Shown here one piece after another: positions 1 to 12,700 of a DNA stretch of 64,000 nt; within the stretch, counting starts at the first letter, position 1, and the number at the start of each line of letters is the position of its first letter. A program made the translations under genes and the position numbers. The DNA comes from the human T2T-CHM13v2.0 reference genome, Homo sapiens. Location of the stretch: the NCBI RefSeq assembly GCF_009914755.1, contig NC_060933.1; one strand, 5' to 3'. A model generated the notes under the pieces. That model ran no database searches. It saw nothing but the letters and a program-made list of their open reading frames with translations, and was not told the origin of the DNA.

Positions 1-3000
1 AGGAATGGAATCAACCCGAGTGGAATGGAAGGGAATGGAATGGAAGGGAAAGGAATAGAATGGAATCAACCCGAGTGGAATGGAATGGAATGGAATGGAG
101 TGGAATGGAATGGAATGGAATATAATCAACCCGAAAGGAATGGAGTGGAATGGAATCAACCCGAGTGGAATGGCATGGAATGGAATGGAAAGGAAAGGAA
201 TGGAATGGTACGGAATAGAATGGAATGGAACGAAATGGATTGGAATGGATTCAACACAATTGGAATGGAATGCAAAGGAATGGAATCATTCCGAGTGGAA
301 TAGAAGGGAATGTATTCGAGTGGAATGGAAAGGAATGATATCAAGCCGAATGGAATGGAATGGAATGGAATGGAATGGAATGGAATCAACCCGAATAGAA
401 TGGAATGGAATGGAGTCAACACGAGTGGAATGGCATTGAATGGAAAGGAATGGAATGGAATGGAATGGTACGGAGTAGAATGGAATGGAACGAAATGGAA
501 CGGAATAGATTCAACCTAATTGGAATGGAATGGAATGGAATGGAATGGAATGGAATTGTGTGGAACGGATTGGAATGGAATGGAGTGTAAAGGAATTGAA
601 TAGAATCAACTCGAATGGAATGGAATGCCACGGAATGCAATGAAGTGGAATGCAATGGAATGGAATGGAAAGGTACGGAATAGAATGGAATGGAAAGAAA
701 TGGAATGGAATGGATTCAACCCAATTGGAATGGAATGGAAGGGAATGGAATGGAATTGTGTGGAATGGAATGGAATCGAATGCAGTGTAAAGAACTGAAT
801 AGAATCAACCCGAATGGAATGGAATGGAATGGAAGGAATGGAATGCAATGGAATGGAATGGAATGGACTCAACTCGAGTGGAATGGAATGGTATGGAATG
901 GATTGGAATGGAATGCAATGGAATGGAGTGGAATCATTCCGAGTGGAATGGAAGGGTATGTAATCGAGTGGAATGGAAAGGAATGGAATCAACCCGAGTG
1001 GAATGGAAGGGAATGGAATGGAAGGGAAAGGAATAGAATGGAATCAACCCGAGTGGAATGGAATGGAATGGAACGGAATGGAATGAAATGCAATCAACCC
1101 GAGTAGAGTGGAGTGGTATGGAATCGAATGGAATTGAATGTACAGCAATGAAATGAAGCTAAATGGAACGGATTGGAAAGTAATGGAATGGAATGCAACC
1201 TAGTGGAATGGAATGGAATGCAGTGGAATGGAATGGTATGCAATGGAATGGTATGAAATGGAATGGAATGGAATGAAATGGAATGGAATGCAAAGTAATC
1301 AACCCTAGTACAATGGAATGGAATGGAAAGGAATGGAATGGAATGGAATGGAATGGAATGGAATCAACCCCAGTGGAATGGATTAGAATGGAATGGAATG
1401 GAATGGAATGGAATGGAATGGAATCAACCCGAGTGGAGTGCAGTGGAATGGAATCAAATTGGATGTAGTGGAAAGCAATGAAATGGAATTGAATGGAATG
1501 GATTGGAATGTAATGGAATGGAATCAAACCTAGTGCAATGGACTGGAATTGAATGGAATGGAATGGAATGGAACGGAATGGAATGGAATGGAATGGAATC
1601 AACCCGAGTGGAATGGAATAGAAAGGAATGGAATGGAATGGAATGGAATGGAATGGAATGGAATGGAATGGAATCAACCTGATTGGAATGGAAGGGAATG
1701 GAATGCAATGGAATGTAACAGAATAGAATGGATCGAAATGGAATGGAATGGAATCAACCCGATTGGAATGGAATGGAATGGAATGAAATGGAACGGAATA
1801 GAGTGGAATGGATCGAAATGGAATGGAATGGAATCAACCCGATTGGAATGGAATGGAATGGAATGGAAGGGAAAGGAATAGAATGGAATCAACCCGAGTG
1901 GAATGGAATGGACTCAACTGGAGTGGAATGGAATGGTATGGAATGGATTGGAATGGAATGCAATGGAACGGAATGGAATCATTCCGAGTGGAATGGAAGG
2001 GAATGTAATCGAGTGGAAAGGAAAGGAATGGAATCAACCCGAGTGGAATGGAAGGGAATGGAATGGAAGGGAAAGGAATAGAATGGAATCAACCCGAGTG
2101 GAATGGAATGGAATGGAATGGAGTGGAATGGAATGGAATGGAATATAATCAACCCGAAAGGAATGGAGTGGAATGGAATCAACCCGAGTGGAATGGCATG
2201 GAATGGAATGGAAAGGAAAGGAATGGAATGGTACAGAATAGAATGGAATGGAACGAAATGGAATGGAATGGATTCAACACAATTGGAATGGAATGCAAAG
2301 GAATGGAATCATTCCGAGTGGAATAGAAGGGAATGTATTCGAGTGGAATGGAAAGGAATGATATCAAGCCGAATGGAATGGAATGGAATGGAATGCAATG
2401 GAATGGAATGGAATCAACTCGAGTGCAACAGAATGGAATGGAATGGAATGGAATGGAATGGAATGGAATGGAATGGAATGGAATGGTATGGAATGGAATG
2501 GAATCAACCCGAATAGAATGGAATGGAATGGATTCAACACGAGTGGAATGGCATTGAATGGAAAGGAATGGAATGGAATGGAATGGTACGGAGTAGAATG
2601 GAATGGAACGAAATGGAACGGAATAGATTCAACCTAATTGGAATGGAATGGAATGGAATGGAATGGAATTGTGTGGAACGGATTGGAATGGAATGGAGTG
2701 TAAAGGAATTGAATAGAATCAACTCGAATGGAATGGAATGCAACGGAATGCAATGAAGTGGAATGCAATGGAATGGAATGGAAAGGTACGGAATAGAATG
2801 GAATGGAAAGAAATGGAATGGAATGGATTCAACCCAATTGGAATGGAATGGAATGGAATGGAATGGAATTGTGTGGAATGGAATGGAATCGAATGCAGTG
2901 TAAAGAACTGAATAGAATCAACCCGAATGGAATGGAATGGAATGGAAGGAATGGAATGCAATGGAATGGAATGGAATGGACTGAACTCGAGTGGAATGGA

Positions 3001-6000
3001 ATGGTATGGAATGGATTGGAATAGAATGCAATGGAATGGAATGGAATCATTCCGAGTGGAATGGAAGGGAATGTAATCGAGTGGAATGGAAAGGAATGGA
3101 ATCAACCCGAGTGGAATGGAAGGGAATGGAATGGAAGGGAAAGGAATAGAATGGAATCAACCAGAGTGGAATGGAATGGAATGGAACGGAATGGAATGAA
3201 ATGCAATCAACCCGAGTAGAGTGGAGTGGTATGGAATCGAATGGAATTGAATGTACAGCAATGAAATGGAGCTAAATGGAACGGATTGGAAAGTAATGGA
3301 ATGGAATGCAACCTAGTGGAATGGAATGGAATGCAATGGAATGGTATGAAATGGAATGGAATGGAATGAAATGGAATGGAATGCAAAGTAATCAACCCTA
3401 GTACAATGGAATGGAATGGAAAGGAATGGAATGGAATGGAATGGAATGGAATGGAATGGAATCAACCCGAGTGGAATGCAGTGGAATGGAATCAAATGGG
3501 ATGTAGTGGAAAGCAATGAAATGGAATTGAATGGAATGGATTGGAATGTAATGGAATGGAATCAAACCTAGTGCAATGGACTGGAATTGAATGGAATGGA
3601 ATGGAATGGAATGGAATGGAATGGAATGGAATCGAATGGAATCAACCTGATTGGAATGGAAAGGAATGGAATGCAATGGAATGTAATAGAATACAATGGA
3701 TCGAAATGGAATGGAATGGAATCAACCCGATTGGAATGGAATGGAATGGAATGAAATGGAACGGAATAGAGTGGAATGGATCGAAATGGAATGGAATGGA
3801 ATCAACCCGATTGGAATGGAATGGAATGGAATGGAAGGGAAAGGAATAGAATGGAATCAACCCGAGTGGAATGGAATGGAATGGAATGGAATGGACTCAA
3901 CTCGAGTGGAAAGGAATGGTATGGAATGGATTGGAATGGAATGCAATGGAATGGAATGGAATCATTCCGAGTGGAATGGAAGGGAATGTAATGGAGTGGA
4001 ATGGAAAGGAATGGAATCCACCCGAGTGGAATGGAAGGGAATGGAATGGAAGGGAAAGGAATAGAATGGAATCAACCCGAGTGGAATGGAATGGAATGGA
4101 ATGGAGTGGAATGGAATGGAATGGAATATAATCAACCCGAAAGGAATGGAGTGGAATGGAATCAACCCGAGTGGAATGGCATGGAATGGAATGGAAAGGA
4201 AAGTAATGGAAAGGTACGGAATAGAATGGAATGGAACGAAATGGAATGGAATGGATTCAACACAATTGGAATGGAATGCAAAGGAATGGAATCATTCCGA
4301 GTGGAATAGAAGGGAATGTATTCGAGTGGAATGGAAAGGAATGATATCAAGCCGAATGGAATGAAATGGAATGGAATGGAATGGAATGGAATGGAATCAA
4401 CTCGAGTGCAACAGAATGGAATAGAATGGAATGGAATGGAATGGAATGGAATGGAACGGAATGGAATGGAATGGAATGGAATCAACCCGAATAGAATGGA
4501 ATGGAATGGAGTCAACACGAGTGGAATGGCATTGAATGGAAAGGAATGGAATGCAATGGAATGGTACGGAGTAGAATGGAATGGAACGAAATGGAAAGGA
4601 ATAGATTCAACCTAATTGGAATGGAATGGAATGGAATTGTGTGGAAAGGATTGGAATGGAATGGAGTGTAAAGGAATTGAATAGAATCAACTCGAATGGA
4701 ATGGAATGCAACGGAATGCAATGAAGTGGAATGCAATGGAATGGAATGGAAAGGTACGGAATAGAATGGAATGGAAAAAAATAGAATGGAATGGATTCAA
4801 CCCAATTGGAATGGAATGGAATGGAATGGAATGGAATTGTGTGGAATGGAATGGAATCGAATGCAGTGTAAAGAACTGAATAGAATCAACCCGAATGGAA
4901 TGGAATGGAATGGAAGGAATGGAATGCAATGGAATGGAATGGAATGGACTCAACTCGAGTGGAATGGAATGGTATGGAATGGATTGGAATGGAATGCAAT
5001 GGAATGGAGTGGAATCATTCCGAGTGGAATGGAAGGGAATGTAATCGAGTGGAATGGAAAGGAATGGAATCAACCCGAGTGGAATGGAATGGAATGGAAC
5101 GGAATGGAATGTAATGCAATCAACCCGAGTAGAGTGGAGTGGTATGGAATCGAATGGAATTGAATGTACAGCAATGAAATGCAGCTAAATGGAACGGATT
5201 GAAAAGTAATGGAATGGAATACAACCTAGTGGAATGGAAAGGAATGCAATGGAATGGTATGAAATGGAATGGAATGGAATGAAATGGAATGGAATGCAAA
5301 GTAATCAACCCTAGTACAATGGAATGGAATGGAAAGGAATGGAATGGAATGGAATGGAATGGAATGGAATGGAATGGAATGGAATCAACTCGAGTGCAAC
5401 AGAATGGAATGGAATGGAATGGAATGGAATGGAATGGAATGGAATGGAATGGAATGGAATGGTATGGAATGGAATGGAATCAACCCGAATAGAATGGAAT
5501 GGAATGGATTCAACACGAGTGGAATGGCATTGAATGGAAAGGAATGGAATGGAATGGAATGGTACGGAGTAGAATGGAATGGAACGAAATGGAACGGAAT
5601 AGATTCAACCTAATTGGAATGGAATGGAATGGAATGGAATGGAATTGTGTGGAACGGATTGGAATGGAATGGAGTGTAAAGGAATTGAATAGAATCAACT
5701 CGAATGGAATGGAATGCAACGGAATGCAATGAAGTGGAATGCAATGGAATGGAATGGAAAGGTACGGAATAGAATGGAATGGAAAGAAATGGAATGGAAT
5801 GGATTCAACCCAATTGGAATGGAATGGAATGGAATGGAATGGAATTGTGTGGAATGGAATGGAATCGAATGCAGTGTAAAGAACTGAATAGAATCAACCC
5901 GAATGGAATGGAATGGAATGGAAGGAATGGAATGCAATGGAATGGAATGGAATGGACTGAACTCGAGTGGAATGGAATGGTATGGAATGGATTGGAATAG

Positions 6001-9000
6001 AATGCAATGGAATGGAATGGAATCATTCCGAGTGGAATGGAAGGGAATGTAATCGAGTGGAATGGAAAGGAATGGAATCAACCCGAGTGGAATGGAAGGG
6101 AATGGAATGGAAGGGAAAGGAATAGAATGGAATCAACCCGAGTGGAATGGAATGGAATGGAACGGAATGGAATGAAATGCAATCAACCCGAGTAGAGTGG
6201 AGTGGTATGGAATCGAATGGAATTGAATGTACAGCAATGAAATGGAGCTAAATGGAACGGATTGGAAAGTAATGGAATGGAATGCAACCTAGTGGAATGG
6301 AAAGGAATGCAATGGAATGGTATGAAATGGAATGGAATGGAATGAAATGGAATGGAATGCAAAGTAATCAACCCTAGTACAATGGAATGGAATGGAAAGG
6401 AATGGAATGGAATGGAATGGAATGGAATGGAATGGAATCAACCCGAGTGGAATGCAGTGGAATGGAATCAAATGGGATGTAGTGGAAAGCAATGAAATGG
6501 AATTGAATGGAATGGATTGGAATGTAATGGAATGGAATCAAACCTAGTGCAATGGACTGGAATTGAATGGAATGGAATGGAATGGAATGGAATGGAATGG
6601 AATGGAATCGAATGGAATCAACCTGATTGGAATGGAAAGGAATGGAATGCAATGGAATGTAATAGAATACAATGGATCGAAATGGAATGGAATGGAATCA
6701 ACCCGATTGGAATGGAATGGAATGGAATGAAATGGAACGGAATAGAGTGGAATGGATCGAAATGGAATGGAATGGAATCAACCCGATTGGAATGGAATGG
6801 AATGGAATGGAAGGGAAAGGAATAGAATGGAATCAACCCGAGTGGAATGGAATGGAATGGAATGGAATGGACTCAACTCGAGTGGAAAGGAATGGTATGG
6901 AATGGATTGGAATGGAATGCAATGGAATGGAATGGAATCATTCCGAGTGGAATGGAAGGGAATGTAATCGAGTGGAATGGAAAGGAATGGAATCCACCCG
7001 AGTGGAATGGAAGGGAATGGAATGGAAGGGAAAGGAATAGAATGGAATCAACCCGAGTGGAATGGAATGGAATGGAATGGAGTGGAATGGAATGGAATGG
7101 AATATAATCAACCCGAAAGGAATGGAGTGGAATGGAATCAACCCGAGTGGAATGGCATGGAATGGAATGGAAAGGAAAGTAATGGAAAGGTACGGAATAG
7201 AATGGAATGGAACGAAATGGAATGGAATGGATTCAACACAATTGGAATGGAATGCAAAGGAATGGAATCATTCCGAGTGGAATAGAAGGGAATGTATTCG
7301 AGTGGAATGGAAAGGAATGATATCAAGCCGAATGGAATGAAATGGAATGGAATGGAATGGAATGGAATGGAATCAACTCGAGTGCAACAGAATGGAATAG
7401 AATGGAATGGAATGGAATGGAATGGAATGGAACGGAATGGAATGGAATGGAATGGAATCAACCCGAATAGAATGGAATGGAATGGAGTCAACACGAGTGG
7501 AATGGCATTGAATGGAAAGGAATGGAATGCAATGGAATGGTACGGAGTAGAATGGAATGGAACGAAATGGAAAGGAATAGATTCAACCTAATTGGAATGG
7601 AATGGAATGGAATTGTGTGGAAAGGATTGGAATGGAATGGAGTGTAAAGGAATTGAATAGAATCAACTCGAATGGAATGGAATGCAACGGAATGCAATGA
7701 AGTGGAATGCAATGGAATGGAATGGAAAGGTACGGAATAGAATGGAATGGAAAAAAATAGAATGGAATGGATTCAACCCAATTGGAATGGAATGGAATGG
7801 AATGGAATGGAATTGTGTGGAATGGAATGGAATCGAATGCAGTGTAAAGAACTGAATAGAATCAACCCGAATGGAATGGAATGGAATGGAAGGAATGGAA
7901 TGCAATGGAATGGAATGGAATGGACTCAACTCGAGTGGAATGGAATGGTATGGAATGGATTGGAATGGAATGCAATGGAATGGAGTGGAATCATTCCGAG
8001 TGGAATGGAAGGGAATGTAATCGAGTGGAATGGAAAGGAATGGAATCAACCCGAGTGGAATGGAATGGAATGGAACGGAATGGAATGTAATGCAATCAAC
8101 CCGAGTAGAGTGGAGTGGTATGGAATCGAATGGAATTGAATGTACAGCAATGAAATGCAGCTAAATGGAACGGATTGAAAAGTAATGGAATGGAATACAA
8201 CCTAGTGGAATGGAAAGGAATGCAATGGAATGGTATGAAATGGAATGGAATGGAATGAAATGGAATGGAATGCAAAGTAATCAACCCTAGTACAATGGAA
8301 TGGAATGGAAAGGAATGGAATGGAATGGAATGGAATGGAATGGAATGGAATGGAATGGAATGGAATCAACCCATGTGGAATGGATTAGAATGGAATGGAA
8401 TGGAATGGAATGGAATGGAATCAACCCGAGTGGAGTGCAGTGGAATGGAATCAAATGGAATGAAGTGGAAAGCAATGAAATGGAATTGAATGGAATGGAT
8501 TGGAATGTAATGGAATGGAATCAAACCTAGTGCAATGGACTGGAATTGAATGGAATGGAATGGAATAGAATGGAATGGAATGGAAAGGAATCAACCCGAG
8601 TGGAATGGAATGGAAAGGAATGGAATGGAATGGAATGGAATGGAATGGAATGGAATGGAATGGAATGGAATGGAATCAACCTGATTGGAATGGAAGGGAA
8701 TGGAATGCAATGGAATGTAATAGAATAGAATGGATCGAAATGGAATGGAATGGAATAAACCCGATTGGAATGGAATGGAATGGAATGAAATGGAACGGAA
8801 TAGAGTGGAATGGATCGAAATGGAATGGAATGGAATCAACCCGATTGGAATGGAATGGAATGGAAGGGAAAGGAATAGAATGGAATCAACCCGAGTGGAA
8901 TGGAATGGAATGGAAAGGACTCAACTCGAGTGGAATGGAATGGTATGGAATGGATTGGAATGTAATGCAATGGAATGGAATGGAATCATTCCGAGTGGAA

Positions 9001-9700
9001 TGGAAGGGAATGTAATCGAGTGGAATGGAAAGGAATGGAATCAACCCGAGTGGAATGGAAGGGAATGGAATGGAAGGGAAAGGAATAGAATGGAATCAAC
9101 CCGAGTGGAATGGAATGGAATGGAATGGAGTGGAATGGAATGGAATGGAATATAATCAACCCGAAAGGAATGGAGTGGAATGGAATCAACCCGAGTGGAA
9201 TGGCATGGAATGGAATGGAAAGGAAAGGAATGGAATGGTACGGAATAGAATGGAATGGAACGAAATGGAATGGAATGGATTCAACACAATTGGAATGGAA
9301 TGCAAAGGAATGGAATCATTCCGAGTGGAATAGAAGGGAATGTATTCGAGTGGAATGGAAAGGAATGATATCAACCCGAATGGAATGGAATGAAATGGAA
9401 TGGAATGGAATGGAATGGAATGGAATGGAATGGAATGGAATGGAATCAACTCGAGTGCAACAGAATGGAATAGAATGGAATGGAATGGAATGGAATGGAA
9501 GGGAATGGAATGGAATGGAATGGAATCAACATGAATAGAATGGAATGGAATGGAGTCAACACGAGTGGAATGGCATTGAATGGAATGGAATGGAATGGAA
9601 TGGAATGGTATGGAGTAGAATGGAATGGAACGAAATGGAACGGAATAGATTCAACCTAATTGGAATGGAATGGAATGGAATGGAATGGAATGGAATTGTG
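1..9700 (+). repeat. Domain with ~2.0 kb basal higher-order unit
   Basis: Marker GATATCAA(G/C)CCGAA at ~337, 2360, 4343, 7319 and 9367 (spacings 2023, 1983, 2976, 2048). Marker TCAACCTAATTGG at ~511, 2629, 4607, 5606, 7583 and 9651. Confidence 0.85.
2400..8350 (+). repeat. Recent 2976-bp tandem duplication (copies ~2400-5375 and ~5376-8350)
   Basis: Private variants recur at +2976: GGACTGAACTCGAG (2978/5954), GGAATCCACCCGAG (4013/6989), GGAAAGTAATGGAAAGGTAC (~4198/7174), GGAAAAAAATAG (4773/7749). Identical ORF translations are offset by 2976 (e.g. 2719/5695, 5120/8096). Confidence 0.93.
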
Positions 9701-12700
9701 TGGAACGGATTGGAATGGAATGGAGTGTAATGGAATTGAATAGAATCAACTCGAATGGAATGGAATGCAACGGAATGCAATGAAGTGGAATGCAATGGAA
9801 TGGAATGGAAAGGTACGGAATAGAATGGAATGGAAAGAAATGGAATGGAATGGATTCAACCCAATTGGAATGGAATGGAATGGAATGGAATGGAATTGTG
9901 TGGAATGGAATGGAATCGAATGCAGTGTAAAGAACTGAATAGAATCAACCCGAACGGAATGGAATGGAATGGAAGGAATGGAATGCAATGGAATGGAATG
10001 GAATGGACTCAACTCGAGTGGAATGGAATGGTATGGAATGGAATGGAATCATTCCGAGTGGAATGGAAGGGAATGTAATCGAGTGGAATGGAAAGGAATG
10101 GAATCAACCCGAGTGGAATGGAAGGGAATGGAATGGAAGGGAAAGGAATAGAATGGAAACAACCCGAGTGGAATGGAATGGAATGGAATGGAGTGGAATG
10201 GAATGGAATGGAATATATTCAACCCGAAAGGAATGGAGTGGAATGGAATCAACCCGAGTGGAATGGCATGGAATGGAATGGAATGGAATGAAATGGAATG
10301 GAATGGAACGGTATGGTAAGGAATAGAATGGAATGGAACGAAATGGATTGGAAGGGTTTCAACCCAATTGGAATGGAATGGAATGGAATGGAATGGAATG
10401 GAATGGAATGGAATGGAATGGATTTGAATGGAATGCAATGGAATGGAATGGAATGGAATGGAATCATTCCGAGTGGAATGGAACGGAATGTAATCCAGTG
10501 GAATGGAAAGGAATGGAATCAACGCGAGTGCAATGGAATTGAATGGAATTGAATGGAATGGAATGGAACGGAATCTACCAGAATGGAATGGAATGGAATG
10601 GAATGGAATGGAATGGAAAGTAACCGAGTGGAATGGAATGTAATGGAATCTTATGGCGTGGAATGGAATGAAACGGAAAAGAATAGAATGGAATCAAATC
10701 ACGTGGAATTTAATGGAATGGAAGTAAATCAAACAGAGTGGAATGGAATGGAATGGAATGGAATCACCCCGAATGGAATGGAGTGGAATTGAATGGAATG
10801 GAATGGAATGAAATGGAATGGAATGGAATGGAATGGAATCAACCCGAGTGCAATTGAAAGGAATCGAATGGAATGGAATGGAATGCAATGGATTCAACCC
10901 GAATGGAGTGGAAAGGAATGGAATCAACCCGAGTGGAATGGCATGGAATGGAATGGAATGCAATGGAATGGAGTGGAATGGTACGGAATAGAATGGAATG
11001 GAACGAAATGGAATGGAACGGAATGGAATGGAATCAACCCGAGTGGAATGGAATGGAAAGGAATGGAATGGAATGGAATGGAATGGAATGGAATGGAATG
11101 GAATCAACCTGATTGGAATGGAAGGGAATGGAATGCAATGGAATGTAATAGAATAGAATGGATCGAAATGGAATGGAATGGAATAAACCAGATTGGAATG
11201 GAATGGAATGGAATGAAATGGAACGGAATAGAGTGGAATGGATCGAAATGGAATGGAATGGAATCAACCAGATTGGAATGGAATGGAATGGAATGGAAGG
11301 GAAAGGAATAGAATGGAATCAACCCGAGTGGAATGCAATGGAATGGAATGGACTCAACTCGAGTGGAATGGAATGGTATGGAATGGATTGGAATGTAATG
11401 CAATGGAATGGAATGGAATCATTCCGAGTGGAATGGAAGGGAATGTAATCGAGTGGAATGGAAAGGAATTCAATCAACCCGAGTGGAATGGAAGGGAATG
11501 GAATGGAAGGGAAAGGAATAGAATGGAATCAACCCGAGTGGAATGGAATGGAATGGAATGGAGTGGAATGGAATGGAATGGAATATAATCAACCCGAAAG
11601 GAATGGAGTGGAATGGAATCAACCCGAGTGGAATGGCATGGAATGGAATGGAAAGGAAAGGAATGGAATGGTACGGAATAGAATGGAATGGAACGAAATG
11701 GAATGGAATGGATTCAACACAATTGGAATGGAATGCAAAGGAATGGAATCATTCCGAGTGGAATAGAAGGGAATGTATTCGAGTGGAATGGAAAGGAATG
11801 ATATCAACCCGAATGGAATGGAATGGAATGGAATGGAATGGAATGGAATGGAATGGAATGGAATGGAATCAACTCGAGTGCAACAGAATGGAATAGAATG
11901 GAATGGAATGGAAGGGAAGGGAATGGAATGGAATGGAATGGAATCAACACGAATAGAATGGAATGGAATGGAGTCAACACGAGTGGAATGGCATTGAATG
12001 GAATGGAATGGAATGGTATGGAGTAGAATGGAATGGAACGAAATGGAACGGAATAGATTCAAGCTAATTGGAATGGAATGGAATGGAATGGAATGGAATG
12101 GAATTGTGTGGAACGGATTGGAATGGAATGGAGTGTAAAGGAATTGAATAGAATCAACTCGAATGGAATGGAATGCAACGGAATGCAATGAAGTGGAATG
12201 CAATGGAATGGAATGGAAAGGTACGGAATAGAATGGAATGGAAAGAAATGGAATGGAATGGATTCAACCCAATTGGAATGGAATGGAATGGAATGGAATG
12301 GAATTGTGTGGAATGGAATGGAATCGAATGCAGTGTAAAGAACTGAATAGAATCAACCCGAACGGAATGGAATGGAATGGAAGGAATGGAATGCAATGGA
12401 ATGGAATGGAATGGACTCAACTCGAGTGGAATGGAATGGTATGGAATGGAATGGAATCATTCCGAGTGGAATGGAAGGGAATGTAATCGAGTGGAATGGA
12501 AAGGAATGGAATCAACCCGAGTGGAATGGAAGGGAATGGAATGGAAGGGAAAGGAATAGAATGGAAACAACCCGAGTGGAATGGAATGGAATGGAATGGA
12601 GTGGAATGGAATGGAATGGAATATATTCAACCCGAAAGGAATGGAGTGGAATGGAATCAACCCGAGTGGAATGGCATGGAATGGAATGGAATGGAATGAA

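Noticed and set aside
282-300. Canonical heat-shock element at GGAATCATTCCGAG
   Set aside because: An HSE needs nGAAnnTTCnnGAAn with 2-nt spacers. Here GAA and TTC are 3 nt apart and no in-register third unit follows. The bulk GAA units are direct, not inverted, repeats.
4773-4784. A-run GGAAAAAAATAG (also 7749 and ~61311) as a retroposon poly(A) remnant
   Set aside because: It is only 7 A long, keeps the pentamer phase and is a one-base change from GGAAAGAAAT (at 61311, two changes from GGAATGAAAT). There is no element body or target-site duplication.
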